The notes beneath the pieces were generated by a model. It was not told the origin of the DNA and did no database searches. It saw nothing but the letters and a program-made list of their open reading frames with translations. Source: a virus (Duplodnaviria; Caudoviricetes). From it: DNA of 64,000 bases. The position numbers and the translations under genes were made by a program. Positions 8,830 to 17,415 of this stretch are shown piece after piece. Positions within the stretch are counted from its first letter, which is position 1; each line of letters starts with the position of its first letter. The stretch covers positions 3,171 through 67,170 of IMG/VR virus record IMGVR_UViG_3300037484_001941; one strand, 5' to 3'.

Positions 8830-9284
8830 TGGAACTGGAAGAACACAAGATAGAGATAGTCGCAGACGCTAAAAAGGCTGATGAACTCTACTCTCTTATG
8901 ACAAATTCGAGTGTAGAGTCAATGGATCTACCCGCATTGCCGTTGACAGCAATAAAGGATTTCATCGACGAAAAGCGAGACAATCTGTGGGAAGTAACAA
9001 TTAATGGTGAGGTTTTTCTCACTGTTAAGTCAGACCGAGAGGGTGCACTAGCTCTCTTGAAGATGGTAAAGGGCGCAGGGCATGAGGAGTTTGTGATGGC
9101 TCCTCTGCCCGCTAAAAACCTCAGAGCTTTCGTCCAAGGTCAGAGAAAGAACGTGGCAACTCTGACTATCAGGCGTAACCCGGACGTAATGGTTAGGGTA
9201 AAACCTGATAAGGATACCAAGGACGCTAAGGAAACAAAGGAAGCGAAGGAAAGCCGAGAGAAGAAAAAAGAAGATAAGGAATAA
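8829..9284 (+). CDS. hypothetical protein
   Basis: TAATG coupling to the HU gene; K/E-rich tail. Confidence 0.65.
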   Translation: MELEEHKIEIVADAKKADELYSLMTNSSVESMDLPALPLTAIKDFIDEKRDNLWEVTINGEVFLTVKSDREGALALLKMVKGAGHEEFVMAPLPAKNLRAFVQGQRKNVATLTIRRNPDVMVRVKPDKDTKDAKETKEAKESREKKKEDKE

Positions 9285-9287
9285 AAC

Positions 9288-9734
9288 ATGGAGCATACTG
9301 ATTCTTTTACATTCAGGTTGTTGATGGTGGCTAAGGACGAAAAGTCTGCTAAAGAGATTAATCACCACTTCACCAAAGCAGGCCTGATTGGCATGGACAT
9401 AGAGACAGGAATAAACAATGTTATACCAAAGCTATCCAAGGAGAATACCTACGAAGGTATAATTTTGGACGCGGCGGCCACAGGCAACGTGGTAATGTAT
9501 ATCAATAAGCTCAGATCCAATCGAAATGGATCCAAACTCCCTATCATAGTTGTGAACCCAGATCCGGAATCAACCTGGATCGACATAACTCACATGTATG
9601 ATGCTGGAGCCAATTTCGTTGTGACGTCCGCTTTGGACGAAGATGTTGCCAACCATGTCCTTTGGATTTACAGTTCTATGGTAACTTTTGTAGAACAGTT
9701 CAAGAAAGGCATGGAAAGACTGTACCCCCGTTAA
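9288..9734 (+). CDS. atypical stand-alone receiver (REC-like) domain protein
   Basis: GIILD, LPIIVV and YDAGANFVV segments fit a receiver fold; the conserved Lys-Pro is not evident. Confidence 0.6.
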   Translation: MEHTDSFTFRLLMVAKDEKSAKEINHHFTKAGLIGMDIETGINNVIPKLSKENTYEGIILDAAATGNVVMYINKLRSNRNGSKLPIIVVNPDPESTWIDITHMYDAGANFVVTSALDEDVANHVLWIYSSMVTFVEQFKKGMERLYPR

Positions 9735-9767
9735 GGGAACTTCGTAAAGACTGAAAGGTCTAATCAG

Positions 9768-9792
9768 AGTGGGGCGTAAAAACCCCACTTTT
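9768..9792 (+). terminator. terminator-like hairpin just before the tmRNA gene
   Basis: AGTGGGG/CCCCACT stem followed by a short T run. Confidence 0.45.
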
Positions 9793-9797
9793 CACAT

Positions 9798-10297
9798 GGG
9801 GCTGTAAAGGTTTCGACGTGGATACGATGGACGTATGTTCGGGATAGCGAGTGTGAGTAGTAACTCTGAACTATTCAAAATATAGATGCCGAAAAAAGCA
9901 TGACTGAAATTATCCTGGAGAGTGTTGATCATTTCAATGGTAGCCTAGCGGCTACAGCCTAACAGGATGGGATCCCAATATCCTTGAAACAGAAAATTGG
10001 GCGGAGAGGGGCTACGCCCTCCCTCTTGCTTGAGAGGATAAACACAAGCTGGTGGAAGAGAAGCGCGGGAAACTGCGCCCCCAATAGGAGTGAAGGCCCG
10101 TAAGGGCAGACCCTTTCTCGGCCTCGCAGGAGGCTTCTTCGGAGGCCAACTTAGTTACGCGAAACATAGTGGGTCTAGCGTGCGAGGGAAACCGTGTAAC
10201 CCCACAACTCTCTGTCGGGAGTATAAAATGGACTATGCTATCTAAACTGAGTATATGAGAAGATTTGCGGACGCGGGTTCGACTCCCGCCAGCTCCA
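9798..10297 (+). ncRNA. ssrA: tmRNA (one-piece, about 500 nt)
   Basis: 5' GGGGCTGTAAAGGTTTCGAC and 3' GGACGCGGGTTCGACTCCCGCCAGCTCCA. The acceptor stem has the G3-U70 Ala identity pair. GATAGC/GCTATC helix. Candidate tag frame 9888-9962. Confidence 0.95.
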
Positions 10298-10462
10298 CAA
10301 GGACATCTCGCAGGTGCCGCTCCAGCAGTCGACGCTGGATGTCGGATTCTTGCTTAATGGGCATGCAAGAGGAGGACTCTGGTCCTATGAGACTTGTAAC
10401 CCGACAGGAGGGGGCCTCGCCCTGGGGAGGGGCTCCCATTTAACATTCGGAGGGGTAACATA

Positions 10463-10708
10463 ATGACAATTGAAGGTGCAAAACTACGTGGATTACAATC
10501 GGTAAGGGTAAGCAAGAAATTCTTGCTAGACAAGCTGACAGCCAACCGAGCGGAACACGAAAAGACCTATTACGAGATTTTGGACGCTAGGCACCAGAAA
10601 GTAGTGGAAGGAAATATATATAACGACTTCAGGTTGTTATATACCACCAAAGTAAGAAAGGAACTTCATGGAAGTCGAAACAAGAAGCCGCGGGGAACTG
10701 CTCTCTAA
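10463..10708 (+). CDS. hypothetical protein, possibly truncated
   Basis: Good SD and a helical N-terminal ~50 aa; sequence character changes at an AT-rich palindrome at 10617. Confidence 0.45.
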   Translation: MTIEGAKLRGLQSVRVSKKFLLDKLTANRAEHEKTYYEILDARHQKVVEGNIYNDFRLLYTTKVRKELHGSRNKKPRGTAL

Positions 10709-11291
10709 GCTAGAGCACGTTACCCTGCGGGGTAGCAGCGTCCAACCCTATTTGGGCGCACGGATTGATATTGTAACTTTAGACCCTGCCATATTAGCAC
10801 CAACCCAGAGATATGTATTAACATCAGAACTAAAGAAGATAGAACAGGTACGCTGGGGTCTCTTGAACGATCAGCATATTGACATACTGCAGCTTGATGG
10901 TTATCTCAAGTGTGCCTACGTCAATAATGATTCACTCAACGATAAAACACCACCAAAAAACCATGTGATCGACGTCCTGCCTCCAATTATTGAGGAGAGG
11001 TTCAACCCACGAGGGGGAATAGACCTGTTGATTTGTGATGGGCAGCACAGGTGTTATCTGGCTTACACGATGGGCACACTGTTGAGCGTGGCTTACATCC
11101 GGGGAGTCAGCAGACTTTATCCCTACTATGCTTATGCGCTGCCAAATGGTTGGGATGACGTAGAAGTAAGAGACGACATCCCAGAGGGCTATATCAAAAA
11201 ATTCCATGTAGCCCAAGACCATAAGAGACTTTATCGTAATTTTAATTCACAGTTTGAGAATATAGGCGACAGCCGATCATACAGCAAATGA
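10668..11291 (+). CDS. ParB/Srx-like domain protein
   Basis: LPPIIEE...LLICDGQHRCYLA matches the ParB N-terminal DGxHR motif. Confidence 0.6.
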   Translation: MEVETRSRGELLSKLEHVTLRGSSVQPYLGARIDIVTLDPAILAPTQRYVLTSELKKIEQVRWGLLNDQHIDILQLDGYLKCAYVNNDSLNDKTPPKNHVIDVLPPIIEERFNPRGGIDLLICDGQHRCYLAYTMGTLLSVAYIRGVSRLYPYYAYALPNGWDDVEVRDDIPEGYIKKFHVAQDHKRLYRNFNSQFENIGDSRSYSK

Positions 11292-11662
11292 AAATAGCAG
11301 TAGTTGGGTCTAGGTCTTTTAATGATTATGAATATATGCGAGCCCGGTTAGATGCTCTATATATTACTGTAAAAGATTCCCGCATGTTAGAGCTAGTTTC
11401 CGGAGGGGCCCGCGGGGCGGATAAGTTTGCTGAAGACTACGCGGTAGAGAGAAAACTGTTAATGAGGGTTTACCCAGCAGACTGGGATAGGTATGGTAAA
11501 TCGGCAGGTTACAAAAGGAATCAACAAATTGTAGATTACGCTGATATAGTAGTAGCCTTTTGGGATGGACAATCAAAAGGTACGAAACATTCAATAGACT
11601 TGGCTGTCAAACAGAACAAGCAAGTGCTAATTTACACGGATTGGAAAGGAAAAAATGGCTGA
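11288..11662 (+). CDS. SLOG superfamily protein (YspA/DUF2493-like)
   Basis: IAVVGSRSF, VSGGARGAD, AGYKRN, AFWDGQSKGT motifs. Confidence 0.88.
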   Translation: MKIAVVGSRSFNDYEYMRARLDALYITVKDSRMLELVSGGARGADKFAEDYAVERKLLMRVYPADWDRYGKSAGYKRNQQIVDYADIVVAFWDGQSKGTKHSIDLAVKQNKQVLIYTDWKGKNG

Positions 11663-12743
11663 TTATCAGCCCTTAGCTCTACAGCTAAGGCCTCAATTTT
11701 TTAAAGACTTTATTTACAATGAACCGATAATTTTGATCCTGAAGAATATGATCCTCAAAGATCAGATTCCGAATGGGATTATTTTTTCTGGCACACGCGG
11801 GATAGGAAAAACTACACTAGCTAGAATCATAGCTCGTTCGCTCAATTGCCAGGACCGGAAGGACATAGAGTTTGAGCCCTGTGGCGAGTGTGAGAGCTGT
11901 AAAGAATCCTTGGGGGGTACCCACCCAGATATTTTAGAGATAGACGGGGCAACCCACGGTAATATTGAGGACATTCGTAAGATACTCGATCAGGCGGTTC
12001 ACACACCCATGCTGGGGCAGAAGAAGATATTTATCGTAGATGAAGCCCACAACCTGGGCAGAAGTCAGGCTTCATGGGATGCTTTGCTGAAGATTCTGGA
12101 AGAGCCCCCGGAGCATGTTGTATGGGTTTTCTGCACAACGCAGAAGCATAAGATTCCTGATGTAATTAGATCCAGGCTGGTCTCGCTTGACTTGCGGATG
12201 GTCCCTACGAAGGTCATCGAAAAGTATGTCATGGAGATCCTGGCCAAGAAAGACATGGGCTTTGGTAAGATACCAACGTATGACGTCGCCCCAATAATTG
12301 CTAATACAGCGAATAATTCAATACGGGATGGGCTTACCCTGCTAGAAAAGGTTATGCCTTATTGTGACGAAAAGGGTTGGAGCAAGCAAACAGTGCTGGA
12401 GGCCATAGGTTCTTTCGATTCGTTGAAGATTCCCGACATTTTGGGCCTCATTGTCCAGAAGAATTCAGCGGGACTTTGGGCAACTTTGAACAGTATATTG
12501 GAGTCTGGAATAGAGGCTGATCCTCTGTTTGAGGCATTAACCTCAATTATCAACAATTTGATGACTATATACTTGGGTGGCTTTGTAGAGCAGTCTGCAC
12601 TGTTCACTCCTTATATGCCTCATTTTGCTCCGCCCAGAATCATATATTTGTGTGACACAGTCCTCAAGAGGGCCCGGGACCTGGCTTATAGTTCAAATAA
12701 GAAGATGGTCCTCCAAGTAACAGCTATGGAGTTGTGTGTATAA
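11655..12743 (+). CDS. dnaX: DNA polymerase III gamma/tau-like clamp-loader subunit
   Basis: Walker A GTRGIGKT, Zn motif LNC...PCGECESC, EIDGA, Walker B IVDEAH, LLKILEEPP, sensor IRSR. Confidence 0.92.
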   Translation: MADYQPLALQLRPQFFKDFIYNEPIILILKNMILKDQIPNGIIFSGTRGIGKTTLARIIARSLNCQDRKDIEFEPCGECESCKESLGGTHPDILEIDGATHGNIEDIRKILDQAVHTPMLGQKKIFIVDEAHNLGRSQASWDALLKILEEPPEHVVWVFCTTQKHKIPDVIRSRLVSLDLRMVPTKVIEKYVMEILAKKDMGFGKIPTYDVAPIIANTANNSIRDGLTLLEKVMPYCDEKGWSKQTVLEAIGSFDSLKIPDILGLIVQKNSAGLWATLNSILESGIEADPLFEALTSIINNLMTIYLGGFVEQSALFTPYMPHFAPPRIIYLCDTVLKRARDLAYSSNKKMVLQVTAMELCV

Positions 12744-13594
12744 TGTACTTCATGGACTTCGCCAAGTCAGTCACTGTAGAGGGGTCCTGCAGATACTTTC
12801 TGGCCGGGGAGAATGAATTTCTAAAGAACTATGCAATAGATAAGATTTCCACCCTTACTGGGAGGCAGGTAGAGCGGGTAAGCTCGGTCAGCGAGATTCA
12901 ACCACTCGGCCTCTTCAGGGGTGGAGTTCCTATTTGTGTTTTGGGTGGGAAATCCAACCCAAAGAATTTCCGAGATTTTATGATCAAGGTAAGCAAGAGT
13001 AAGATGGGGAAAACCTACAAGGACAATGGATTCGTTGAGGTCACCTGCTCGAACCTGTTTCCCAGCCAGGTTAATCAGTTTGCTAGCATGTTGCTTAAAG
13101 CTCGGGGGATGCCAGTATCTTTTGCTAAGACTATAGCAGAGCTCAGTAAGTATGACCCGTATTCGGTCTATAACGCTATACACGCTCTGTCGGTTTTAGA
13201 TAAAAAAGAGATAACACAAACTGATTTGTACAAATTCTGCAAGAACTTGACAGCCCCGGATCTTTATAAGGTGATAGACTACTTCATTGAGGCAAAATAC
13301 GAGGAGTTTCTAATTGCTCTCTCGGAGACCCGCATTGACATACATGGGGTTCTTTGGGGGCTTTTGGGGGCTTTGTCCAGTCTGCAGAGGGCCTACTTCG
13401 ACGCCCCCAATGCAGTGTCGTGGTATCAGAAGAAGATGGCGGAGGCCTCTTATAAGATCGCCCCCTTTGGGTTTGAGAAAATACTTTCGTATGTGAATGA
13501 CACATGCGTGGCTTATGGGGAGAACCGCGAAGTTCTCCTCCTTAAAATACAAAGACTTATTTTTTATCTTCGAGGTTTATCAAATAGATTGTAG
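12743..13594 (+). CDS. putative clamp-loader delta (HolA-like) subunit
   Basis: YFLAGENEFLKNYAIDKI resembles the HolA N-terminus; TAATG-coupled to dnaX; size fits. Confidence 0.55.
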   Translation: MYFMDFAKSVTVEGSCRYFLAGENEFLKNYAIDKISTLTGRQVERVSSVSEIQPLGLFRGGVPICVLGGKSNPKNFRDFMIKVSKSKMGKTYKDNGFVEVTCSNLFPSQVNQFASMLLKARGMPVSFAKTIAELSKYDPYSVYNAIHALSVLDKKEITQTDLYKFCKNLTAPDLYKVIDYFIEAKYEEFLIALSETRIDIHGVLWGLLGALSSLQRAYFDAPNAVSWYQKKMAEASYKIAPFGFEKILSYVNDTCVAYGENREVLLLKIQRLIFYLRGLSNRL

Positions 13595-13599
13595 GAGGC

Positions 13600-14046
13600 A
13601 TGCGTTTGGAAATAACAGAGAGAGACTTGCTTTTTTATTCTGGAGCTGTGGATAGCTTAACTCAGAGATTTGAGATAGCCAGAGAGTTTGTTAGGCACAA
13701 AGGGTTGACTTCCCTGCCAATGGAGGAGCTAACCAACCTGATGATCGTGGGTATAAAGGAATGGCTTTCTGGGACGCAGGGGGAGCAGTGGTTGTCGACC
13801 ATCGGTTACATCAGGGTTGATTCGGTTGATATAACTTATAGTGGGGCCGTAATCCTTAGTAGCGGATCTTTGTGTCCAGTATGCAGTGGGATGTATCACG
13901 AGATGCACGGGATGACGTGTGAGTGCTGTGGTAAAACAATTTGTGGTCCTTGCGCATCCATAGTAGACCCCATATACCACATTGGATGGTGTTCTGACTG
14001 CTTAGAAGAAAAGCCATTAACCAACTTATTGGTATATAGTGAGTAG
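13600..14046 (+). CDS. hypothetical protein with C-terminal Cys-rich zinc finger
   Basis: CPVC, CECC, CGPC and CSDC pairs; AGGAGG SD. Confidence 0.65.
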   Translation: MRLEITERDLLFYSGAVDSLTQRFEIAREFVRHKGLTSLPMEELTNLMIVGIKEWLSGTQGEQWLSTIGYIRVDSVDITYSGAVILSSGSLCPVCSGMYHEMHGMTCECCGKTICGPCASIVDPIYHIGWCSDCLEEKPLTNLLVYSE

Positions 14047-14099
14047 CCTGTGCATAACAAACTACTCTTAAATAGTTCAGTACACAGGAGTAAACGAGA

Positions 14100-14339
14100 A
14101 TGGCTCGTGAATGGGAACAAGCACCGGTAGAGCGTTTTGACCAAAGGGTTGATGGCGTTCTGTACAGGCGTTACAATAGACGCATCCAAGCCCGCGAAGA
14201 GCGACGATTCAAGCCGGATGATTTGACAGAGCAGGACCTGCGTAGCGGAAACACCAGGTTGTTTTTGGAAGACGACGGCTCGGGGGACCTCAGGGAGGTT
14301 TTGAGAGTGAAGAATACGTTTGAGGGGCTGATTGATTAA
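14100..14339 (+). CDS. hypothetical protein
   Basis: AGGAG SD; 79 aa. Confidence 0.6.
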   Translation: MAREWEQAPVERFDQRVDGVLYRRYNRRIQAREERRFKPDDLTEQDLRSGNTRLFLEDDGSGDLREVLRVKNTFEGLID

Positions 14340-14342
14340 GTT

Positions 14343-14507
14343 ATGAAAAAATCGAGGAAGCGTGAGTTCGCCAAGGAAAAGCACGGGGAGACCTGTATGT
14401 GCAAGAGATGTCGTGCTAAAATTGAAGCGATTTTCTACAGAAAAGGACAACCAAAGATCAACGGCCGTGATTACAAGGATCTCTCAAGGGAGTCCTATGA
14501 CGATTAA
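14343..14507 (+). CDS. small hypothetical protein (54 aa, not in the ORF track)
   Basis: Manual translation MKKSRKREFAKEKHGETCMCKRCRAK...; fills the gap before map. Confidence 0.45.
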   Translation: MKKSRKREFAKEKHGETCMCKRCRAKIEAIFYRKGQPKINGRDYKDLSRESYDD

Positions 14508-15204
14508 GGAGCAGATCATGAGAGAAGCCGGGGCAAAATTGCACCTTATTTTTTCTCAGATCCGCCCTCACGTAGTTCCCGGTATCCGGCTTAGCACAAT
14601 AGATAAGGACGTTGGGGGTTTGTTAAAATACCATGGAGCACGTTCAGCCCTTAAGATGGTTGGATTTCCTGGTAATATGGCAATCTCTGTAAATAAACAA
14701 GTGATTCAGGGGACTCCGGATTCTACTCTTCTTCGGGAGGGCGATCTGGTCTCCCTGGATATGACTCTGTACTATAATGGCTTTTTTGTTGATAAGGCAG
14801 TGTCGTTTGTGTTGGAGCCGCAACACTATGAAAAAAAATACTTAGTGACAGCGGTTCAGGCTTGTTTAAGCTCTGCGATAATGAGCTTACACCCAGGGGT
14901 GACTACTGGGCAGATAGGGGCTGTGATACAAGCCCAGGCCTCTCTGCTTAAGGTTAGGCCTTGCAGAGAGCTCAGCGGGCACTCAATAGGGGAGTCGCAT
15001 CACATGTTGCCACTAATACCTAACTTGGATGATGGGTCACAGGACATAATAAAGGCGGGGGATTTTGTGGCCATTGAGCCTATAGTGTTCTACAACTACT
15101 ACATATTAGAGCATAGGGGTTTCGAGGTCACCGCGGATGAACTGTCAGCACATGCGGAAGAAACCGTGCTGATAACAGACAAAGGAGCGGAGGTCATTAC
15201 TTAA
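14497..15204 (+). CDS. map: methionine aminopeptidase (type I)
   Basis: Metal ligands in DLVSLDM, FFVDKA, SGHSIG, AIEPIV and AHAEETV; ATG 14497 after GGGAG. Confidence 0.9.
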   Translation: MTIKEQIMREAGAKLHLIFSQIRPHVVPGIRLSTIDKDVGGLLKYHGARSALKMVGFPGNMAISVNKQVIQGTPDSTLLREGDLVSLDMTLYYNGFFVDKAVSFVLEPQHYEKKYLVTAVQACLSSAIMSLHPGVTTGQIGAVIQAQASLLKVRPCRELSGHSIGESHHMLPLIPNLDDGSQDIIKAGDFVAIEPIVFYNYYILEHRGFEVTADELSAHAEETVLITDKGAEVIT

Positions 15205-15566
15205 TGTTGGAATATGTAATTTTCTGGATATTTTGTTATGTCATAGCCAGTGTTGTGGTTCAGCAGAAGATATTTGAGGAGCCGCGTTCCTGGCTTAAAC
15301 AGTGTTCAGCGGATAACCCAAATTGGTTTAGAAGGAAATTATGCCAGCTTGTAAGCTGTATGTTTTGCACCGGTTTTTGGGCAGGTATCTTTGTAAGTTT
15401 TGTACTAGGTTTTTGTCCAATAGACTTCGAGGTTCTGGGCCTATTCGGGGGTGATTTTAGCTATTATTTTTTGCACGGCCTGCTAGGGGCCTTTGGATCC
15501 TATACACTTCATTTACTGATGGGATTGCTTATTGAACACGCGGAGAGTCTTGGAATAGATACTTAA
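15204..15566 (+). CDS. membrane protein, DUF1360-like
   Basis: LVSCMFCTGFWAG CxxC motif between hydrophobic segments. Confidence 0.65.
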   Translation: MLEYVIFWIFCYVIASVVVQQKIFEEPRSWLKQCSADNPNWFRRKLCQLVSCMFCTGFWAGIFVSFVLGFCPIDFEVLGLFGGDFSYYFLHGLLGAFGSYTLHLLMGLLIEHAESLGIDT

Positions 15567-15575
15567 GAGGAGGCT

Positions 15576-16049
15576 ATGCTAGCTGTAATGTTTTGGGGAG
15601 ATGACGAACAGAAGCAGAAAACCAGAGTAGAAGAGAAATTGCGAAAGAAGAAAGAGGAACGAAGGGGGGAGAGAGCAAAGCAGCCCGTGCCCACCCACGA
15701 GCCCTCAGACTCTGGTAATGCGGAAGAACTCGCTCACCAAACTGAATTGATAGGTGCCCAACAAAGGGAACTTGTGGATTTGAAACACTTATTAGTACAG
15801 CAGGGCAAAGTCTTACAGCAGATACTGGAAAAGAAAGAGACTCACACAGTAGAGTCTATACGGTATGTTGAGAAAGAAACCAGGGAAGGCGGAGACGATT
15901 TACCTTCCCTACAAGAAATAAATGTAGACGTAATACACACAGAAGGGATAGAGACAACTGGGGAAGCAGGAGAAGAAGCAACAGAGGGGAAGAGTGTAAA
16001 AGACCGCGCGAGCAAGCTTCGCGCACTCATACAGAGAGGTAAAGAGTAA
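15576..16049 (+). CDS. coiled-coil/acidic hypothetical protein
   Basis: AGGAGG SD; TAATG-coupled to the actin-like gene. Confidence 0.7.
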   Translation: MLAVMFWGDDEQKQKTRVEEKLRKKKEERRGERAKQPVPTHEPSDSGNAEELAHQTELIGAQQRELVDLKHLLVQQGKVLQQILEKKETHTVESIRYVEKETREGGDDLPSLQEINVDVIHTEGIETTGEAGEEATEGKSVKDRASKLRALIQRGKE

Positions 16050-17131
16050 TGGAACAGAATCAACAGGCACCACAAGTGTATGTGCCAGGAATAGGGTTGG
16101 ATATAGGGACATCCTTCCTGCAGGTCGCTCGTGAGAGAGCCGACGGGGTGGTAGAGTTTATATCTGAACGAGACGCATTCTATGCGATAAAGCCAACATC
16201 AACCATAGCGGCAAAATTTATAGAAAAAAGTTTGACTCAAAGGGGCGCTTTCGTACTTAAGTCCGGAGGCGTTTTTTATGTTGTGGGTAAACAGGCTATA
16301 GAAACAGCTATTGAACGTGGAGACAATGTTGAAAGGCCGCTGAAACACGGTGTTGTGAGCGCCCGGGACAAAGAGTCTATGCCAATGCTGGCAGTTCTTA
16401 TAAAGGCTCTGGTCAAGAACTCGACCGTCCCCAACGAGATCTGTGTTTATAGTTATCCGGCTAACCCCATCGAGGGAACCTTTGACGTAGTTTATCACCA
16501 GAACCGTATGGCGGAGATACTCAGTAGTTTAGGTTATAGAGCCGTCCCGCTACTAGAAGCGGAAGCCTTAGCCTACTCAGAATTGATGGCTGAGGATCTC
16601 ACAGGAATAGCGATAAGTTGCGGGGCCGGGATGCATAACCTGGCCGTTTTTCATATAGGAGAATGCTTATTCTCTTTCTCGATAGCTGAAGGTGGCGACT
16701 ATATTGATAAAAGCGCAGCCACATCCTTGGGTGTATCAGAAACCGAGGTTCAGGCAGAGAAAGAAAATAATCTTAATTTGTTGGAGCCCGTAGGGGAAAT
16801 CCAAGAAACAGTAGTAATGTATTATCGTAACCTAGTCAACCACGTCATAACACTCCTAGAAAAGAAATTCAAAAATATGTCAAATCTACCCCACTTTCGG
16901 AAACCAATTACAGTTGTGGTTTCCGGGGGGACAAGTCTGCCCGTAGGCTACATGGATTTATTTAGAGAATTTCTCAAGGCAGAGTATGATGTCAGGACGA
17001 AAGAACTGAAGAAGATAAGGGATCGAGAGTTTCCATTCGAGATTGGGGAGGTTAAACAAGCCAATGACCCACTCACCGCAGTAGCAAATGGCTGTCTTAT
17101 CTACTCTCAGGTGGTTGGTTCTGAGGAGTAA
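16049..17131 (+). CDS. actin-fold ATPase (MreB/FtsA/ParM-like)
   Basis: Phosphate-1 GLDIGTS, phosphate-2 ISCGAG, GGDYID, adenosine VSGGTS and connect-2 DPLTAVANG motifs. Confidence 0.85.
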   Translation: MEQNQQAPQVYVPGIGLDIGTSFLQVARERADGVVEFISERDAFYAIKPTSTIAAKFIEKSLTQRGAFVLKSGGVFYVVGKQAIETAIERGDNVERPLKHGVVSARDKESMPMLAVLIKALVKNSTVPNEICVYSYPANPIEGTFDVVYHQNRMAEILSSLGYRAVPLLEAEALAYSELMAEDLTGIAISCGAGMHNLAVFHIGECLFSFSIAEGGDYIDKSAATSLGVSETEVQAEKENNLNLLEPVGEIQETVVMYYRNLVNHVITLLEKKFKNMSNLPHFRKPITVVVSGGTSLPVGYMDLFREFLKAEYDVRTKELKKIRDREFPFEIGEVKQANDPLTAVANGCLIYSQVVGSEE

Positions 17132-17133
17132 TC

Positions 17134-17415
17134 ATGTCAAAGATAGAGGAAACACTGTCATTGATAGGCTTTGCTTGGGTTGATGACAACACCGGTGAGA
17201 TGAACTGGGCTTTGAAAGAGGACCTGGAGGGTGTTGCTCCTAAGGACAGGCCCGAGGGCTGTACGCCGGTAATAATAGAGATCACTCCCACTTTAGAGTG
17301 GGTTGATAAAAAGAGAAAGGAGCACGAGTTCTTGGGGGATCTGCAGGATCAAATGAGCAGAGTTACTAGCGATTTACGTCAGCTAGAGAAAAATTTGAAG
17401 GTAAAAGCAAAATGA
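17134..17415 (+). CDS. hypothetical protein
   Basis: GAGGAG SD; C-terminal coiled coil. Confidence 0.65.
   Translation: MSKIEETLSLIGFAWVDDNTGEMNWALKEDLEGVAPKDRPEGCTPVIIEITPTLEWVDKKRKEHEFLGDLQDQMSRVTSDLRQLEKNLKVKAK

Noticed and set aside
10301-10400. HDV-like (theta) ribozyme after the tmRNA
   Set aside because: A P1-like GACATC/GATGTC pairing followed by GG exists, but I found no CC in the L3 position, no convincing P2 and no catalytic C junction.
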